A DNA stretch of 64,000 bases. Source: an uncultured Phycisphaeraceae bacterium (GTDB lineage Bacteria > Planctomycetota > Phycisphaerae > UBA1845). A program made the position numbers and the translations under genes. Under the pieces are notes generated by a model. The model was not told where the DNA came from, made no database searches, and saw only the letters and a list, made by a program, of their open reading frames with translations. Location: contig CAZNPL010000003.1 in NCBI GenBank assembly GCA_964574815.1, positions 37,747 to 101,746 on the forward strand, given 5' to 3'. Positions 47,987 through 57,441 of the stretch are shown piece by piece (position 1 is the first letter of the stretch; each line of letters opens with the position of its first letter).

Positions 47987-48456
47987 GCGACGTCAACACC
48001 CCTTTCGACCCCCAGGCACCCTCACCCTACGGGGCGCCGCCGGACCTCAGCGCGTTTGACGAGGAGTACAACACCGTCGACCCCGCCGACAACGACGAGG
48101 TGCCCGACGGCAAATACCAGGTCCGCGTGCAGCGGGTGAAGCTGGACCGCAGCCAGAAGGGCGACCCGATGCTCAAGTGGGAACTGGTCGTCCTGTCCGG
48201 CCAGCACGCCAATCGGCACATTTTCAAGAACGCGGTGATCACGCAGGCCTCGCTGCCGTTCGTGAAGGGCGATCTGAAGACGCTCGGCATGGAGCTGCCG
48301 CGCTTCAGCGAGTTGCCGAACCACCTGGAGAAGCTCCTCGACCATACGCTCGAGATTACGAAGCGCACCAAGGGCGAGTACACGAATGTGTATTTCAACA
48401 AGCGCATCCAGGTGCCTGCGGGCGAACCGATCCCCGCCGGCGACGTCCCGTTCTGA
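47983..48456 (+). CDS. DUF669-like phage protein (SSB-like partner of Sak4)
   Basis: It has an ATGA overlap with the Sak4-like gene. VPDGKYQVRVQRVKLDRSQKGDPMLKWELVVLSG...FKNAVITQASLPFVKGDLKTLG matches my recollection of DUF669. Confidence 0.5.
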   Translation: MSDVNTPFDPQAPSPYGAPPDLSAFDEEYNTVDPADNDEVPDGKYQVRVQRVKLDRSQKGDPMLKWELVVLSGQHANRHIFKNAVITQASLPFVKGDLKTLGMELPRFSELPNHLEKLLDHTLEITKRTKGEYTNVYFNKRIQVPAGEPIPAGDVPF

Positions 48457-48617
48457 TCGACGACGACGAACGTGCACCCGAACGGAATTGGGTGCGGCCG
48501 GGGCGGGATGGCGTAGCCCGCCGGCCTCGAATCCCCGGAGATCGCCGGCTCCGGGTGGCTGGCGGGTTCAGACTCCCCGTGCCCGTCCCGGCTTTCTTTC
48601 TCTGAAGGGATTCGCCG

Positions 48618-49082
48618 GTGAGTGACTTCCGGATCGTGATCGACACGCGTGAGCAGGAGCCCTGGGGCTTCACGTGCGTGACCTTGCGCCGCGCCCTGCC
48701 CGCCGGTGACTATTCGGTCGACGGACTGGAGGACATCGTCGCCGTCGAGCGCAAGAGCCTGGCGGACTTCACACGGACGGTGGTGCACGAGTTTCCGCGC
48801 TTTGCATCCGAACTCCACCAACTCGCCAAGCTGCCGCACGCGTGTGTCGTCGTTGAAGCCGATCTGGATGGCGTCTTGCGCGGCGAGGCGGCCGACGTCC
48901 TGCGCGGGGCGGCGGCCCAATCCGTCCTCGGCGCCGCTGTTCATATCCAGGTGCATTTCGGCGTACCGGTGATCTGGTGCGGGTCGCGCCAGGCCGCCTG
49001 CGCATTTGCCGATGCCTTTCTGCGCATGGTGGCTCGTGAGACTGCCGCTGGCCGGACCGCCGTGGAGGCGCGTCATGCCTGA
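48618..49082 (+). CDS. ERCC4-domain structure-specific nuclease
   Basis: IVIDTREQ...AGDYSV...VAVERKSLADF gives the GDx(n)ERKxxxD signature. Confidence 0.7.
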   Translation: MSDFRIVIDTREQEPWGFTCVTLRRALPAGDYSVDGLEDIVAVERKSLADFTRTVVHEFPRFASELHQLAKLPHACVVVEADLDGVLRGEAADVLRGAAAQSVLGAAVHIQVHFGVPVIWCGSRQAACAFADAFLRMVARETAAGRTAVEARHA

Positions 49083-51267
49083 GACCCTCCGCGGCACGAT
49101 CCAGAAGACCTACCACAGCAGCCCCGGCTTTTCGGCGGGCGTGCTCCAGACCGACGATGGACAGAGCGTGCGCTTCGCCGGGAAGTTCTGCGCAAACGAG
49201 GGAGATGTCGTCGCCCTTGTCGGCCGCTGGAAGCACGATCCGAAGTACGGCCGGCAGTTCCTGGTCGAGTCGCTCAGCTACGAGTTGCCCGACAGCGCTG
49301 AGGGGCTGGTGCAATACCTCGCCAAGCACCCGGCGTTCACGGGCGTGGGAGAGGCGACCGCCCGCAAGATCGTCGGCTATGCGGCGAGTGCCGCCAATCT
49401 CGACCGCATCATCTGCACCGACATCGGTGAACTTCATCGCCGGCTTCGCATCCCCCGCGCCACGCTCGAGTCGCTGCGCGAGGCCTGGATCGCCAACAGT
49501 GCCGAGAACGAGGTCCGCACGTACCTGTCCGGGTTCGGCCTGACAGCGCACCAGGTGGACACCCTGCTGGAGTTGTTCGGCAACGCCATCGTCGGTGTGT
49601 TGCGCAGCGATCCGTACCAACTGATCAAGCACGTCCGCGGCTACGGGTTCAAGAAGGTTGACAAGATCGCTCGCGCCATGGGCACGCCGAAGGACCACTC
49701 CGGACGAATCGAGGCCGGTCTGCTCTACATCCTGAGCGAGGAAGTGGGAAGTGGTCACACGTGGATCGGCGGGGCCGACCTGATCGACAAGGCCAACGAG
49801 CTGCTACTGCTGGACACGCTCGACAGCCGAGATCTCATTCGCCAGGCCGGCGAACGGCTGCTGGCGCGGGAAGAGCTCGTTGCCGACGGCAACGCCGTGA
49901 GCACGCCGCCAATTCTCCAAGCCGAAAAACTGATCCAGAACATCTTCGAGGGTTACAGCACCTGGCGCTCGTTCCCCGCTCCACCGCTGCCAATCCGCAC
50001 GGACGACCTGAAGTCCAAGCAGGTCGAGGCGATCCGGAATGCCTGCAATCACGCGCTCACCGTCATCTCAGGCGGGGCGGGCACTGGCAAGACGTACACG
50101 CTGGCCCGCCTGACGGCCGCGTTCCGCGACGCCCAGCTCAAGATTGCCCTGTGCTCACCCACCGGCAAGGCTGCCAAACGGATCGAAGAGGCCCTCCGAA
50201 ATGAAGGCGTCGACCTTGAGGCCAAGACGATCCACCGGCTGCTGAAGTACGACGGCACGCAGTTCAACCGCCAGAGCCTGTCGGACCCGATCGCCGGTAA
50301 CCAGGACGACAACGAGCATTCCGGTGAGCCGGGCTACGACGTGGTCATCGTCGACGAATTCTCGATGGTCGACGTGCCGTTGATGGCGGAATTGTTGCGC
50401 CGCATCGACCTTACTCGCACGCGGCTCATTCTCGTCGGCGATCACAATCAGCTCCCGCCCGTAGGACCGGGCAACATTCTGCGTGACATCATCGCCCACC
50501 GGCTCACGCCCCTGGTGGTTCTCGACGAGGTCGTCCGCCAGGCCGGCGTGTTGAAGGCCAACAGCTCGGCGATCCTGTTGGGGACCGTGGCGGCCACCGC
50601 CGTGAACGATCCAGCCTGGACGGTCGCGGACACCTTTCAAGATGTGCTGCCGATCCAGGCCTACCTGCGCGAGCTGGTATTCAAGAAGCTGCCCGAACGG
50701 TTGGGCCTCGACCCGATCCGTGACGTGCAGATCATCACGCCCACCCACCTCGGCGGCCTCGGAACGAAGGCGCTCAACCAGATGATGCAGCACCTGCTGC
50801 ACGGTGACCCCGGACGGAAGTTCGCGGTCGGCGACAAGGCCATCCAGACCAGCAACGACTACGGCCTCGGAGTGATGAATGGCACGATCGGGCATGTGGT
50901 CGCGTTCGAACCGGGCCGCGACGGCGGATACTGGATCGACTTCGACGGCATTGGCCAGTGCCGCATCAAGGACGAGCAGGTCGCCAACGTGCAACTCGCT
51001 TACGCCCTCACTGCACACAAGGCGCAGGGCAGCGAGTTTCCCTGCGCGGTGGTGCTGTGCCATCGCTCCCACTTCTTCGCCGATCGCAACTGGCTGTACA
51101 CCGCCGTGACGCGGTCCTCGAAGTACTGCGTGCTGGTCGGAGACCGGTGGGGCCTGCGCAACGCCGCACGAAAGAACCACGTGATCCATCGCCGCACCTT
51201 TCTGGACCGCTGGGCGCGGGCGCCGACGGAGGGCGTACATAACGGGAAGGAACTTGTCCATGCCTGA
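49075..51267 (+). CDS. RecD-like SF1B DNA helicase
   Basis: The ATG at 49075 overlaps the upstream stop (ATGCCTGA). The Walker A is VISGGAGTGKTY, the Walker B is VVIVDEFSMVD, and further motifs are LVGDHNQLPPVGPG and YALTAHKAQGSEF. Confidence 0.88.
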   Translation: MPETLRGTIQKTYHSSPGFSAGVLQTDDGQSVRFAGKFCANEGDVVALVGRWKHDPKYGRQFLVESLSYELPDSAEGLVQYLAKHPAFTGVGEATARKIVGYAASAANLDRIICTDIGELHRRLRIPRATLESLREAWIANSAENEVRTYLSGFGLTAHQVDTLLELFGNAIVGVLRSDPYQLIKHVRGYGFKKVDKIARAMGTPKDHSGRIEAGLLYILSEEVGSGHTWIGGADLIDKANELLLLDTLDSRDLIRQAGERLLAREELVADGNAVSTPPILQAEKLIQNIFEGYSTWRSFPAPPLPIRTDDLKSKQVEAIRNACNHALTVISGGAGTGKTYTLARLTAAFRDAQLKIALCSPTGKAAKRIEEALRNEGVDLEAKTIHRLLKYDGTQFNRQSLSDPIAGNQDDNEHSGEPGYDVVIVDEFSMVDVPLMAELLRRIDLTRTRLILVGDHNQLPPVGPGNILRDIIAHRLTPLVVLDEVVRQAGVLKANSSAILLGTVAATAVNDPAWTVADTFQDVLPIQAYLRELVFKKLPERLGLDPIRDVQIITPTHLGGLGTKALNQMMQHLLHGDPGRKFAVGDKAIQTSNDYGLGVMNGTIGHVVAFEPGRDGGYWIDFDGIGQCRIKDEQVANVQLAYALTAHKAQGSEFPCAVVLCHRSHFFADRNWLYTAVTRSSKYCVLVGDRWGLRNAARKNHVIHRRTFLDRWARAPTEGVHNGKELVHA

Positions 51268-53644
51268 GCCGGCGGTTGCCTTCGACGTGCAGCGTCTGAC
51301 GGGCTATGTGCCCGCCTATCTGCGCGAGCGCGCCCAGTGGGTATGCTGGATGTACGTCGAACGCGACGGCAAGGCCACCAAGTGCCCGGTCAGTACGACC
51401 AGGGGCGGCAACGCTTCCGCCACAGATCCGGCAACGTGGGGCACGTTCGAGCAGGCCCTCGCGGCGTGCCAGGCGGCGGGGCTGGAAGGCATCGGGTTTG
51501 TGTTCTGCGCCGACGACCCCTTCGCTGGCGTTGATCTGGACAAGTGCATCGACCCTACGACCGGCCAGCCCAAGCCGTGGGCGCAGGCGATCCTCGACCG
51601 GCTCGAAAGCTATAGCGAGATCAGTCCGTCCGGCACCGGCGTGAAAGTCTTCGTTCGCGCCTCCAAGGCCGGGCCACGCTGCAAGACCGGGTACGAAGAC
51701 GGCGCGATCGAGATGTACGACCGCGACCGGTTCTTCACGGTGACCGGGCAGAGCCTGCACGTCCCGCCGAAGGACGTGGCCGATCGCCAGAGCGCGATCG
51801 ACGCACTCTACGCGCAGGTCTTCGGTACGCTCCCCAAAAGCGCAACGCCGGAACCCAACCCGTCGAACAACGGCCAGGTCCGACTCGATGACGACGAGAT
51901 TCTGCGACTGGCCTGCGCGAGCAAGAAGTCCGGTGCGAAGTTCGCATCCCTGTGGGCAGGGCGCTGGAACGACCACTTCAACTCCCGTAGCGAGGCGGAT
52001 TCGTCGGTCGTGTTCACGCTCGCGTTCTTCACGAAGGACGCTGGCCAGATTAACCGCATCTTCCGGCGCTCCGGCCTCATGCGCGACAAATGGGATGAGC
52101 AGCACGGCCGGCAGACCTACGGCGAAATGACGATCGCCAAGGCTCTGGAAACCGTAACCCGCCAATACAAACCCCGGAAACGGCGTCAAGGCGCTAAGTC
52201 CTCCGGCGGCACCGACGGCGGAACACTTTCCGGCGAGCCGCCACCCGGCACCATCGATCCCGTCACGGGTCGCCTGATTCTCTCAACGGAACGGACCCTG
52301 CCGACCGCCGAAGCGTTCGTTCGCCACTTCCATCAACACCATGAAGGGATCACGCTCCGCCACTACGCGAGCATCCATATGGAATGGCTGGGCAACCGCT
52401 ACGTCGAAATCGAGGACGACGCGATGCGGAACCGGCTGCTGCCCTGGCTGCACGCGGCGGTCCGCATGACCTACGACCCCAAAGCCGAAGGCTGGGTGGC
52501 GGAGGACTTTCCGGCCAACCCTCATACGGTGAAGGCCGCGCTCGAGTCGATCAAGGCGCACACCCATCTGCCTGCGACGACCGCCTCGCCATCATGGCTC
52601 GACGGCGGCGCTCAACGTCCGGACCCGCGCGAAATCGTGCCCTGCCGCTCTTCCCTGTTGCACCTGCCGACGATGCGCGCGCTGACCCCCACGCCGGCAT
52701 TCTTCGCGGTCAATGCCCTCGACTATGACCACGATCCCGAGGCACCGGAGCCGACACAGTGGCAATCCTTCCTCGGACAGCTCTTTGAGGACGACCTCCA
52801 GTCATGGGATCTGCTTCAGGAATGGTTCGGATACTGCCTCACCGGCGACACGTCGCAGCACAAGATGCTGCTGATCGTGGGCCCACGGCGCAGTGGCAAA
52901 GGCACGATCGCCCGTGTGCTCACGCGTCTGGTTGGAGCGAGCAACGTCTGTGGACCAACCACTTCGAGCCTGGCCGGGCCGTTCGGACTTCAATCCCTCA
53001 TCGGCAAATCACTGGCGATCGTCAGCGACGCCCGCTTTTCCGGCAGGGATGTCCAGACGGTCATCGAACGGTTGCTGTGCATTTCAGGCGAGGATGCCCT
53101 GACCATCGACCGCAAGCACATGATCAGCGTCACGATGAAGCTGCCCACGCGATTCGTGTTCCTGACCAACGAACTGCCACGTCTGACTGACGCATCCGGC
53201 GCTTTGGCTGGGCGCTTCATGATGCTGCGGCTGACCGAGAGCTTTTACGGACGCGAGGACAAGACCCTCACCGCCAAGCTGCTGACCGAGCTGCCCGGCA
53301 TCTTGAACTGGTCGATCGAAGGATGGCGACAACTGCGGGAACGCGGCCACTTCGTCCAACCGGCCAGTGTCGAGGATGCGCTTCGGGACATGGAGGACCT
53401 TTCGAGCCCGGTCGGGGCATTCGTGCGCGAACGCTGCGACGTGGGGTCGGGCCTGCGTATCTGGATCGACGACCTGTATGCAGCCTGGAAGGAATGGTGC
53501 GAAGCCGATGGGCGGATCAGCGTCACGACCAAGCAGACCTTCGGGCGGGATCTCATGGCGGCCGTTCCCGGTGTGAGCAGGCGATGCGGCACGAACGGCG
53601 TGCGCTTCTACCAGGGCATCGGGCTGAAGGGGATGCTGGCATGA
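51260..53644 (+). CDS. Phage/plasmid primase-helicase (prim-pol N-terminus, PriCT-2-like, D5/P4-type NTPase)
   Basis: The prim-pol region is RAQWVCWMYVERDGKATKCPVS...GIGFVF...GVDLD...SPSGTGVKVF. The PriCT-like region is SRSEADSSVVFTLAFF. The Walker A is IVGPRRSGKGT. The start overlaps the RecD-like stop with the same ATGCCTGA junction. Confidence 0.88.
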   Translation: MPEPAVAFDVQRLTGYVPAYLRERAQWVCWMYVERDGKATKCPVSTTRGGNASATDPATWGTFEQALAACQAAGLEGIGFVFCADDPFAGVDLDKCIDPTTGQPKPWAQAILDRLESYSEISPSGTGVKVFVRASKAGPRCKTGYEDGAIEMYDRDRFFTVTGQSLHVPPKDVADRQSAIDALYAQVFGTLPKSATPEPNPSNNGQVRLDDDEILRLACASKKSGAKFASLWAGRWNDHFNSRSEADSSVVFTLAFFTKDAGQINRIFRRSGLMRDKWDEQHGRQTYGEMTIAKALETVTRQYKPRKRRQGAKSSGGTDGGTLSGEPPPGTIDPVTGRLILSTERTLPTAEAFVRHFHQHHEGITLRHYASIHMEWLGNRYVEIEDDAMRNRLLPWLHAAVRMTYDPKAEGWVAEDFPANPHTVKAALESIKAHTHLPATTASPSWLDGGAQRPDPREIVPCRSSLLHLPTMRALTPTPAFFAVNALDYDHDPEAPEPTQWQSFLGQLFEDDLQSWDLLQEWFGYCLTGDTSQHKMLLIVGPRRSGKGTIARVLTRLVGASNVCGPTTSSLAGPFGLQSLIGKSLAIVSDARFSGRDVQTVIERLLCISGEDALTIDRKHMISVTMKLPTRFVFLTNELPRLTDASGALAGRFMMLRLTESFYGREDKTLTAKLLTELPGILNWSIEGWRQLRERGHFVQPASVEDALRDMEDLSSPVGAFVRERCDVGSGLRIWIDDLYAAWKEWCEADGRISVTTKQTFGRDLMAAVPGVSRRCGTNGVRFYQGIGLKGMLA

Positions 53645-53656
53645 TCCGAAGAGCGA

Positions 53657-53855
53657 GCGCATACGCGCACAACCGGCGCGCATACGCGCAGGTGCGGGTA
53701 TGCGCGTATGCGCTCGGCTCTTGTGTAGCAAGGACTTACGTGCGCGCATACGCGAACCAGCGCGCAAAAACCAGGTTATGCGCACGCGCGCAGGCGCACA
53801 CGCGCAGGATGGCGCATGCAAACCAGCGCGCTGGTTCGTGTAGGCGCGTATGCGC
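53657..53855. repeat. Iteron array GCGCATACGCGC (3 forward, 2 reverse copies plus variants): putative phage replication origin
   Basis: Forward copies lie at 53657-53668, 53678-53689 and 53744-53755 (last base A). Reverse copies GCGCGTATGCGC lie at 53702-53713 and 53844-53855. A variant TTATGCGCACGCGCGC is near 53776. A perfect 16-bp palindrome AACCAGCGCGCTGGTT lies at 53821-53836. The array is immediately downstream of the primase-helicase gene. Confidence 0.55.
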
Positions 53856-53868
53856 TGGAGGTAGTCGG

Positions 53869-54051
53869 ATGAGTTCGAGAATTAGGTGTCGGGATTGCAG
53901 CTCCCAGATGACGTGGGCTGCGCAGCGGGTGCAGTATGGACGCCTGCTACGCCGCGGGATTCCGCACGACGTAGCGCGGCATGAGCTTCCGCGCTGCCAG
54001 AAGTGCGTGACGCAGTGGCTACGCGCCACGGGAGCCGAACGCCTGCGATAG
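53869..54051 (+). CDS. Small zinc-ribbon protein (60 aa)
   Basis: GGAGG lies 7 nt upstream of ATG 53869. The sequence MSSRIRCRDCSSQM...LPRCQKCVTQW carries CxxC...CxxC. The long upstream part of track ORF 53323-54051 runs through the primase 3' end and the iterons and is not considered coding. Confidence 0.45.
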   Translation: MSSRIRCRDCSSQMTWAAQRVQYGRLLRRGIPHDVARHELPRCQKCVTQWLRATGAERLR

Positions 54052-54373
54052 GGAGCCAGCGATGCGAATTTGTAAGCATGGTTCCTTCCGGGCCGAAATC
54101 GGCCGCCGAGGCCCGCGGGAACAGCGCCCAATCCAGACAGAGTTTGTTTCACCTGTCCGGTTTTTCAGGACGGCCACGGGGCGCGACCCGTTGGGCCGTG
54201 GGCCAACGGACGCCGCCGGGGCGTACCGGTCTACCACCTCGTCGCCCCGTTGGCCGCGGGCGGCGTTGGTTCGCGTTTGGGGCCAACCGGCGGGTCGAGG
54301 ACTACCGCCCTGGTAGCGCGGCAAGAGGACACGGCGCGGCTGAGGTGGCCGCGCCCATTACGGAGGTTGAACG

Positions 54374-55858
54374 ATGAAGATTGAGTTGCGGCCGCTGGCC
54401 GAGATCAAGCCGTATGAGAAGAACCCACGCATCAACGACGCCGCGGTTGACGCCGTGGCGGAATCGATTCAGCGGTTCGGGTTCAGACAGCCCATCGTGG
54501 TCGACGCCGACGGCGTCATCGTCTGCGGGCATACCCGCTGGAAGGCGGCGCAGAAGCTGGGCCTGACCGAAGTGCCGGTCCACGTCGCTACGGACCTGAC
54601 GCGCGCGCAGATTCAGGCCTACCGGATCGCCGACAACAAAACGAATGAACTCGCCGAGTGGAACCTCGAACTGTTGCCGATCGAGATGGCCGAGTTGAAG
54701 GACGCCGGCATCGACTGGTCGCTGCTGGGGTTCGACCAGGACGAGCTCGCTATGCTGCTCGATCCCGGCGTGAAGCAGGGGCTGACCGACCCCGACGACG
54801 TGCCCGAGCCACCCGACGAGGCCATCACGAAGCCCGGCGATCTGTGGATCATGGGCGACCATCGGCTGCTGTGCGGCGACAGCGGGTCGGTCGCGGACCT
54901 CAACATCCTGATCGCCGTCGATCCCGTGACGGCTCTCGAGTTGCCGGCTGGTTCGGATGTCGAACCGAAGCTGTTGCCGATCCATCTCTGCAACACAGAT
55001 CCGCCCTACAACGTGAAGCTAGAACCGCGCAGCAACAACGCCATCGCCGCGGGGCTTTCGTCGTTCGGCGAGCACGGCTTGATGCATCACCAGTCCTTCG
55101 ACATGCATCGCGCCGAGAAGAAACGAGGCGAGTCGAAGAAGAAGGAAGCGAAGCGCACCGCGTCGAAGTATCACGGATTCGACGTGGCCACCGGCGGGCA
55201 GAGCGGCAAGGCCACGCACAAGAAGATGCGGGCAAAGGACCGACCGCTGGCCAACGACTTCGTGTCGGATGACGAGTTCGACAAGTTGCTGCACGCGTGG
55301 TTCGGCAACATCGCCCGCGTGCTGCAGCCAGGTCACATCGCCTACGTATGGGGAGGCTATGCGAACATCGGGAACTACCCGCCGGTGTTGAAATCTTGCG
55401 GCCTTTACTTCTCGCAAACCATCATCTGGGACAAGGAGCACCCGGTCCTGACGCGCAAGGACTTCATGGGGGCGCACGAGTGGTGTTTCTATTGCTGGCG
55501 AGAGGGCGCTGCTCACCGGTTCTTCGGTCCCAACAATGCGACAGACCTGTGGCACGTCAAGAAGATCAATCCCAACGCGATGATCCATTTGACGGAGAAA
55601 CCGGTCGAACTGGCGGTACGGGCCTTGCAGTATTCATCGCTCGCCGGCGAGAACGTCCTCGACCTGTTCGGCGGCAGTGGTTCGACGCTGATCGCGGCGG
55701 AACAGACCGGCCGTCGCGCGTTCTTGATGGAGCTCGATCCGCCGTATTGCGACGTGATCGTGCAGCGCTGGGAGAAGTTCACGGGCCGGAAGGCGGAACG
55801 GATTTCAGCCCGGAGCAACGCCCCCGTCGTCGCGGAGGCGTTGGTGGAGACGAAGTGA
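54374..55858 (+). CDS. ParB-like nuclease domain fused to N4/N6 DNA methyltransferase
   Basis: GGAGG lies 7 nt upstream. The ParB/Srx-like N-terminus is LAEIKPYEKNPRINDAAVDAVAESIQRFGFRQPIVVD...GHTRWKAA. The methyltransferase motifs are CNTDPPYN and DLFGGSGSTLIAAEQTGRRAFLMELDPPY. Confidence 0.88.
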   Translation: MKIELRPLAEIKPYEKNPRINDAAVDAVAESIQRFGFRQPIVVDADGVIVCGHTRWKAAQKLGLTEVPVHVATDLTRAQIQAYRIADNKTNELAEWNLELLPIEMAELKDAGIDWSLLGFDQDELAMLLDPGVKQGLTDPDDVPEPPDEAITKPGDLWIMGDHRLLCGDSGSVADLNILIAVDPVTALELPAGSDVEPKLLPIHLCNTDPPYNVKLEPRSNNAIAAGLSSFGEHGLMHHQSFDMHRAEKKRGESKKKEAKRTASKYHGFDVATGGQSGKATHKKMRAKDRPLANDFVSDDEFDKLLHAWFGNIARVLQPGHIAYVWGGYANIGNYPPVLKSCGLYFSQTIIWDKEHPVLTRKDFMGAHEWCFYCWREGAAHRFFGPNNATDLWHVKKINPNAMIHLTEKPVELAVRALQYSSLAGENVLDLFGGSGSTLIAAEQTGRRAFLMELDPPYCDVIVQRWEKFTGRKAERISARSNAPVVAEALVETK

Positions 55859-55860
55859 TG

Positions 55861-56238
55861 TCAGCCGTTTTCGGCCAAGGCGTGGAACTCGATCATCGCG
55901 TCCTCGAAGAAGTACCCGTCGTCGACGTGGTTGCGGCGACGGCGGATGTCGAGCAGCCCTCGCTCCTTCCAGAACGCGATGGCTACCGCCGCGTTGGTGT
56001 ACGACGCCCACGGTTCGCGGTCGTCGTGCTCCTCGCGCGGCCGGTTGCGAACCTGGTCGGCCAACGTCTCCACCGTGAACCCGTCGGCGGCCAGGTCGAT
56101 CGCGGCCCACGCCAGCTCTCGGTAGGCGTCGAGTGGGCAACGATGCTCGTACGGCTCCCCGCGTCGCGGCACGACCTTGCGAACCAGGCAGCCGTCCTCG
56201 ACGGCGAACGTCTCAACGCGTGGCGTCGTCGCTGGCAT
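55861..56238 (-). CDS. Hypothetical phage protein (125 aa)
   Basis: GGGAGG lies upstream of ATG 56238. It has coding texture. No family was recognised. Confidence 0.45.
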   Translation of the reverse strand: MPATTPRVETFAVEDGCLVRKVVPRRGEPYEHRCPLDAYRELAWAAIDLAADGFTVETLADQVRNRPREEHDDREPWASYTNAAVAIAFWKERGLLDIRRRRNHVDDGYFFEDAMIEFHALAENG

Positions 56239-56401
56239 CGCGCACACCTCCCGGCCGGTAGACCGTCTTGCACCGCTGGCATTCGACGCGCTCACCGTCG
56301 AGCCAGACCAGTTCGTCGCATTCGCGCTCGCCGCATTGCGGACATGCGTCTTCCCGTGCGACGGGATCGATCGGTTCGCGCCCATCGTCGTGACGGGTCA
56401 T
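56213..56401 (-). CDS. Small zinc-ribbon protein (62 aa)
   Basis: The sequence is MTRHDDGREPIDPVAREDACPQCGERECDELVWLDGERVECQRCKTVY, giving CxxC...CxxC. The start overlaps the upstream stop (TGATG). Confidence 0.45.
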   Translation of the reverse strand: MTRHDDGREPIDPVAREDACPQCGERECDELVWLDGERVECQRCKTVYRPGGVRDASDDATR

Positions 56402-57348
56402 CACTTGCTCTCCGCGTTGAACGCGAACTGCCCGCGGTCGACCTTTTTGAAGCGCGACGCGTTGGCCTTGTCGCGCTCCTCGCGCTGCATGGCGGCATAA
56501 AGCGTCGCATGCGGGGTCTTGCCGCCAGGACTCTTCCACAGGTTCTGCTCGGCCATCGCGGCGATCAGTTCCTGCGCTCGCATCGGCTTGCCGGCGCTCT
56601 TGAGCACCTGCGCGGCGGCGTCCAGGGCGCTGACGCGCTTGGGCTTCTGGTCACCCGCGGCCTTCTCGGCCTTGGGCGTCTTGGTCGCGATTGCGACCGT
56701 TGCCTTCGCCTTCGGCGCAGCGGTCTTCTTCACGCCCTTGGCCTTCGCCGTCGCCGGTTGGGCCTCGGTCTGCTTCTTGGTGGACTGCTTCTTCGTGGCC
56801 TTCTTCTTGGACATCGTATGCTCCTGTTCTGGGGTTTCCTCGGTCGGGCGACACGCGTCGCCCGCGTTCTCACTGACTTCGCTGGGCTGTTCCTCGCCGC
56901 ATTGCCGGTTCCAGCAGGCCTGACAGAGCGGGCGCCCGAGGTACGTCATCGCAGGCGTACCCTTGCAGCGCCGTGTCGCGCAGCGCGACGAGTCGTATTC
57001 CGGCCCGCCGTCGTCGCGCACTTCGGATTGAGCCGCCTCGGCGCGTGCCCGCCGCTGTTCGTAGGGCACGATGCTCGGCGGTGCGGCGGCGAGACGCTCG
57101 TCGATCTCCTGCGGCGGTCGGTCGTCCTGAACGACGGGCGTCGCGGCGAGTGGCGGGTTGCCGTCCTTCTCGTGCCGAACCTCTCGCCGCAGGCGCTGCG
57201 CGCTCTTGATGCGGACCTTGCGCCGGGTCAGAACATTAGTGGCGTCCCAACCTCCGAAACGGCTTTCCGCGTCGATGCGTACGCGCGCGAGCTGGCCACT
57301 GACTTTGGCGACATAAGTCCCGCCTACCTGGACTTGGTCTTTCTTCAT
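56401..57348 (-). CDS. DNA-binding protein: N-terminal domain + Cys cluster + Lys/Ala-rich H1-like linker + C-terminal HARE-HTH-like domain
   Basis: AGGAG lies upstream of ATG 57348. The Cys cluster is CATRRCKGTPAMTYLGRPLCQACWNRQC. The linker is KKKATKKQSTKKQTEAQPATAKAKGVKKTAAPKAKA. The C-terminus SALDAAAQVLKSAGKPMRAQELIAAMAEQNLWKSPGGKTPHATLYAAM...RFKKVDRGQFAF is a HARE-HTH pattern. Confidence 0.55.
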   Translation of the reverse strand: MKKDQVQVGGTYVAKVSGQLARVRIDAESRFGGWDATNVLTRRKVRIKSAQRLRREVRHEKDGNPPLAATPVVQDDRPPQEIDERLAAAPPSIVPYEQRRARAEAAQSEVRDDGGPEYDSSRCATRRCKGTPAMTYLGRPLCQACWNRQCGEEQPSEVSENAGDACRPTEETPEQEHTMSKKKATKKQSTKKQTEAQPATAKAKGVKKTAAPKAKATVAIATKTPKAEKAAGDQKPKRVSALDAAAQVLKSAGKPMRAQELIAAMAEQNLWKSPGGKTPHATLYAAMQREERDKANASRFKKVDRGQFAFNAESK

Positions 57349-57441
57349 GCCGTTCTCCTGTTCGCAAAGACCTCGTTCAGCCGCGTCCACGCGACGCGGT
57401 GTTGTTCACGTTCACACCAGGGCATGTCCCGCCCGCCGGCG

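Noticed and set aside
53657-53855. The repeat array, considered as a possible CRISPR.
   Set aside because: The repeats are only 12 bp, occur in both orientations and have irregular, very short spacing. No cas genes are present. The array is interpreted as iterons.
53323-53868. The upstream part of track ORF 53323-54051.
   Set aside because: It overlaps the primase 3' end out of frame and reads through the iteron array, translating as repetitive RAYAQ/RAHA strings. Only the last 60 codons, with a GGAGG RBS and CxxC pairs, look like a gene.
54062-54316. An 84-aa + strand ORF in the gap before the ParB-methyltransferase gene.
   Set aside because: It has no RBS and an Arg/Pro/Gly-rich product. 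The region is better explained by the GGCCAACGG/CCGTTGGCC repeat set.
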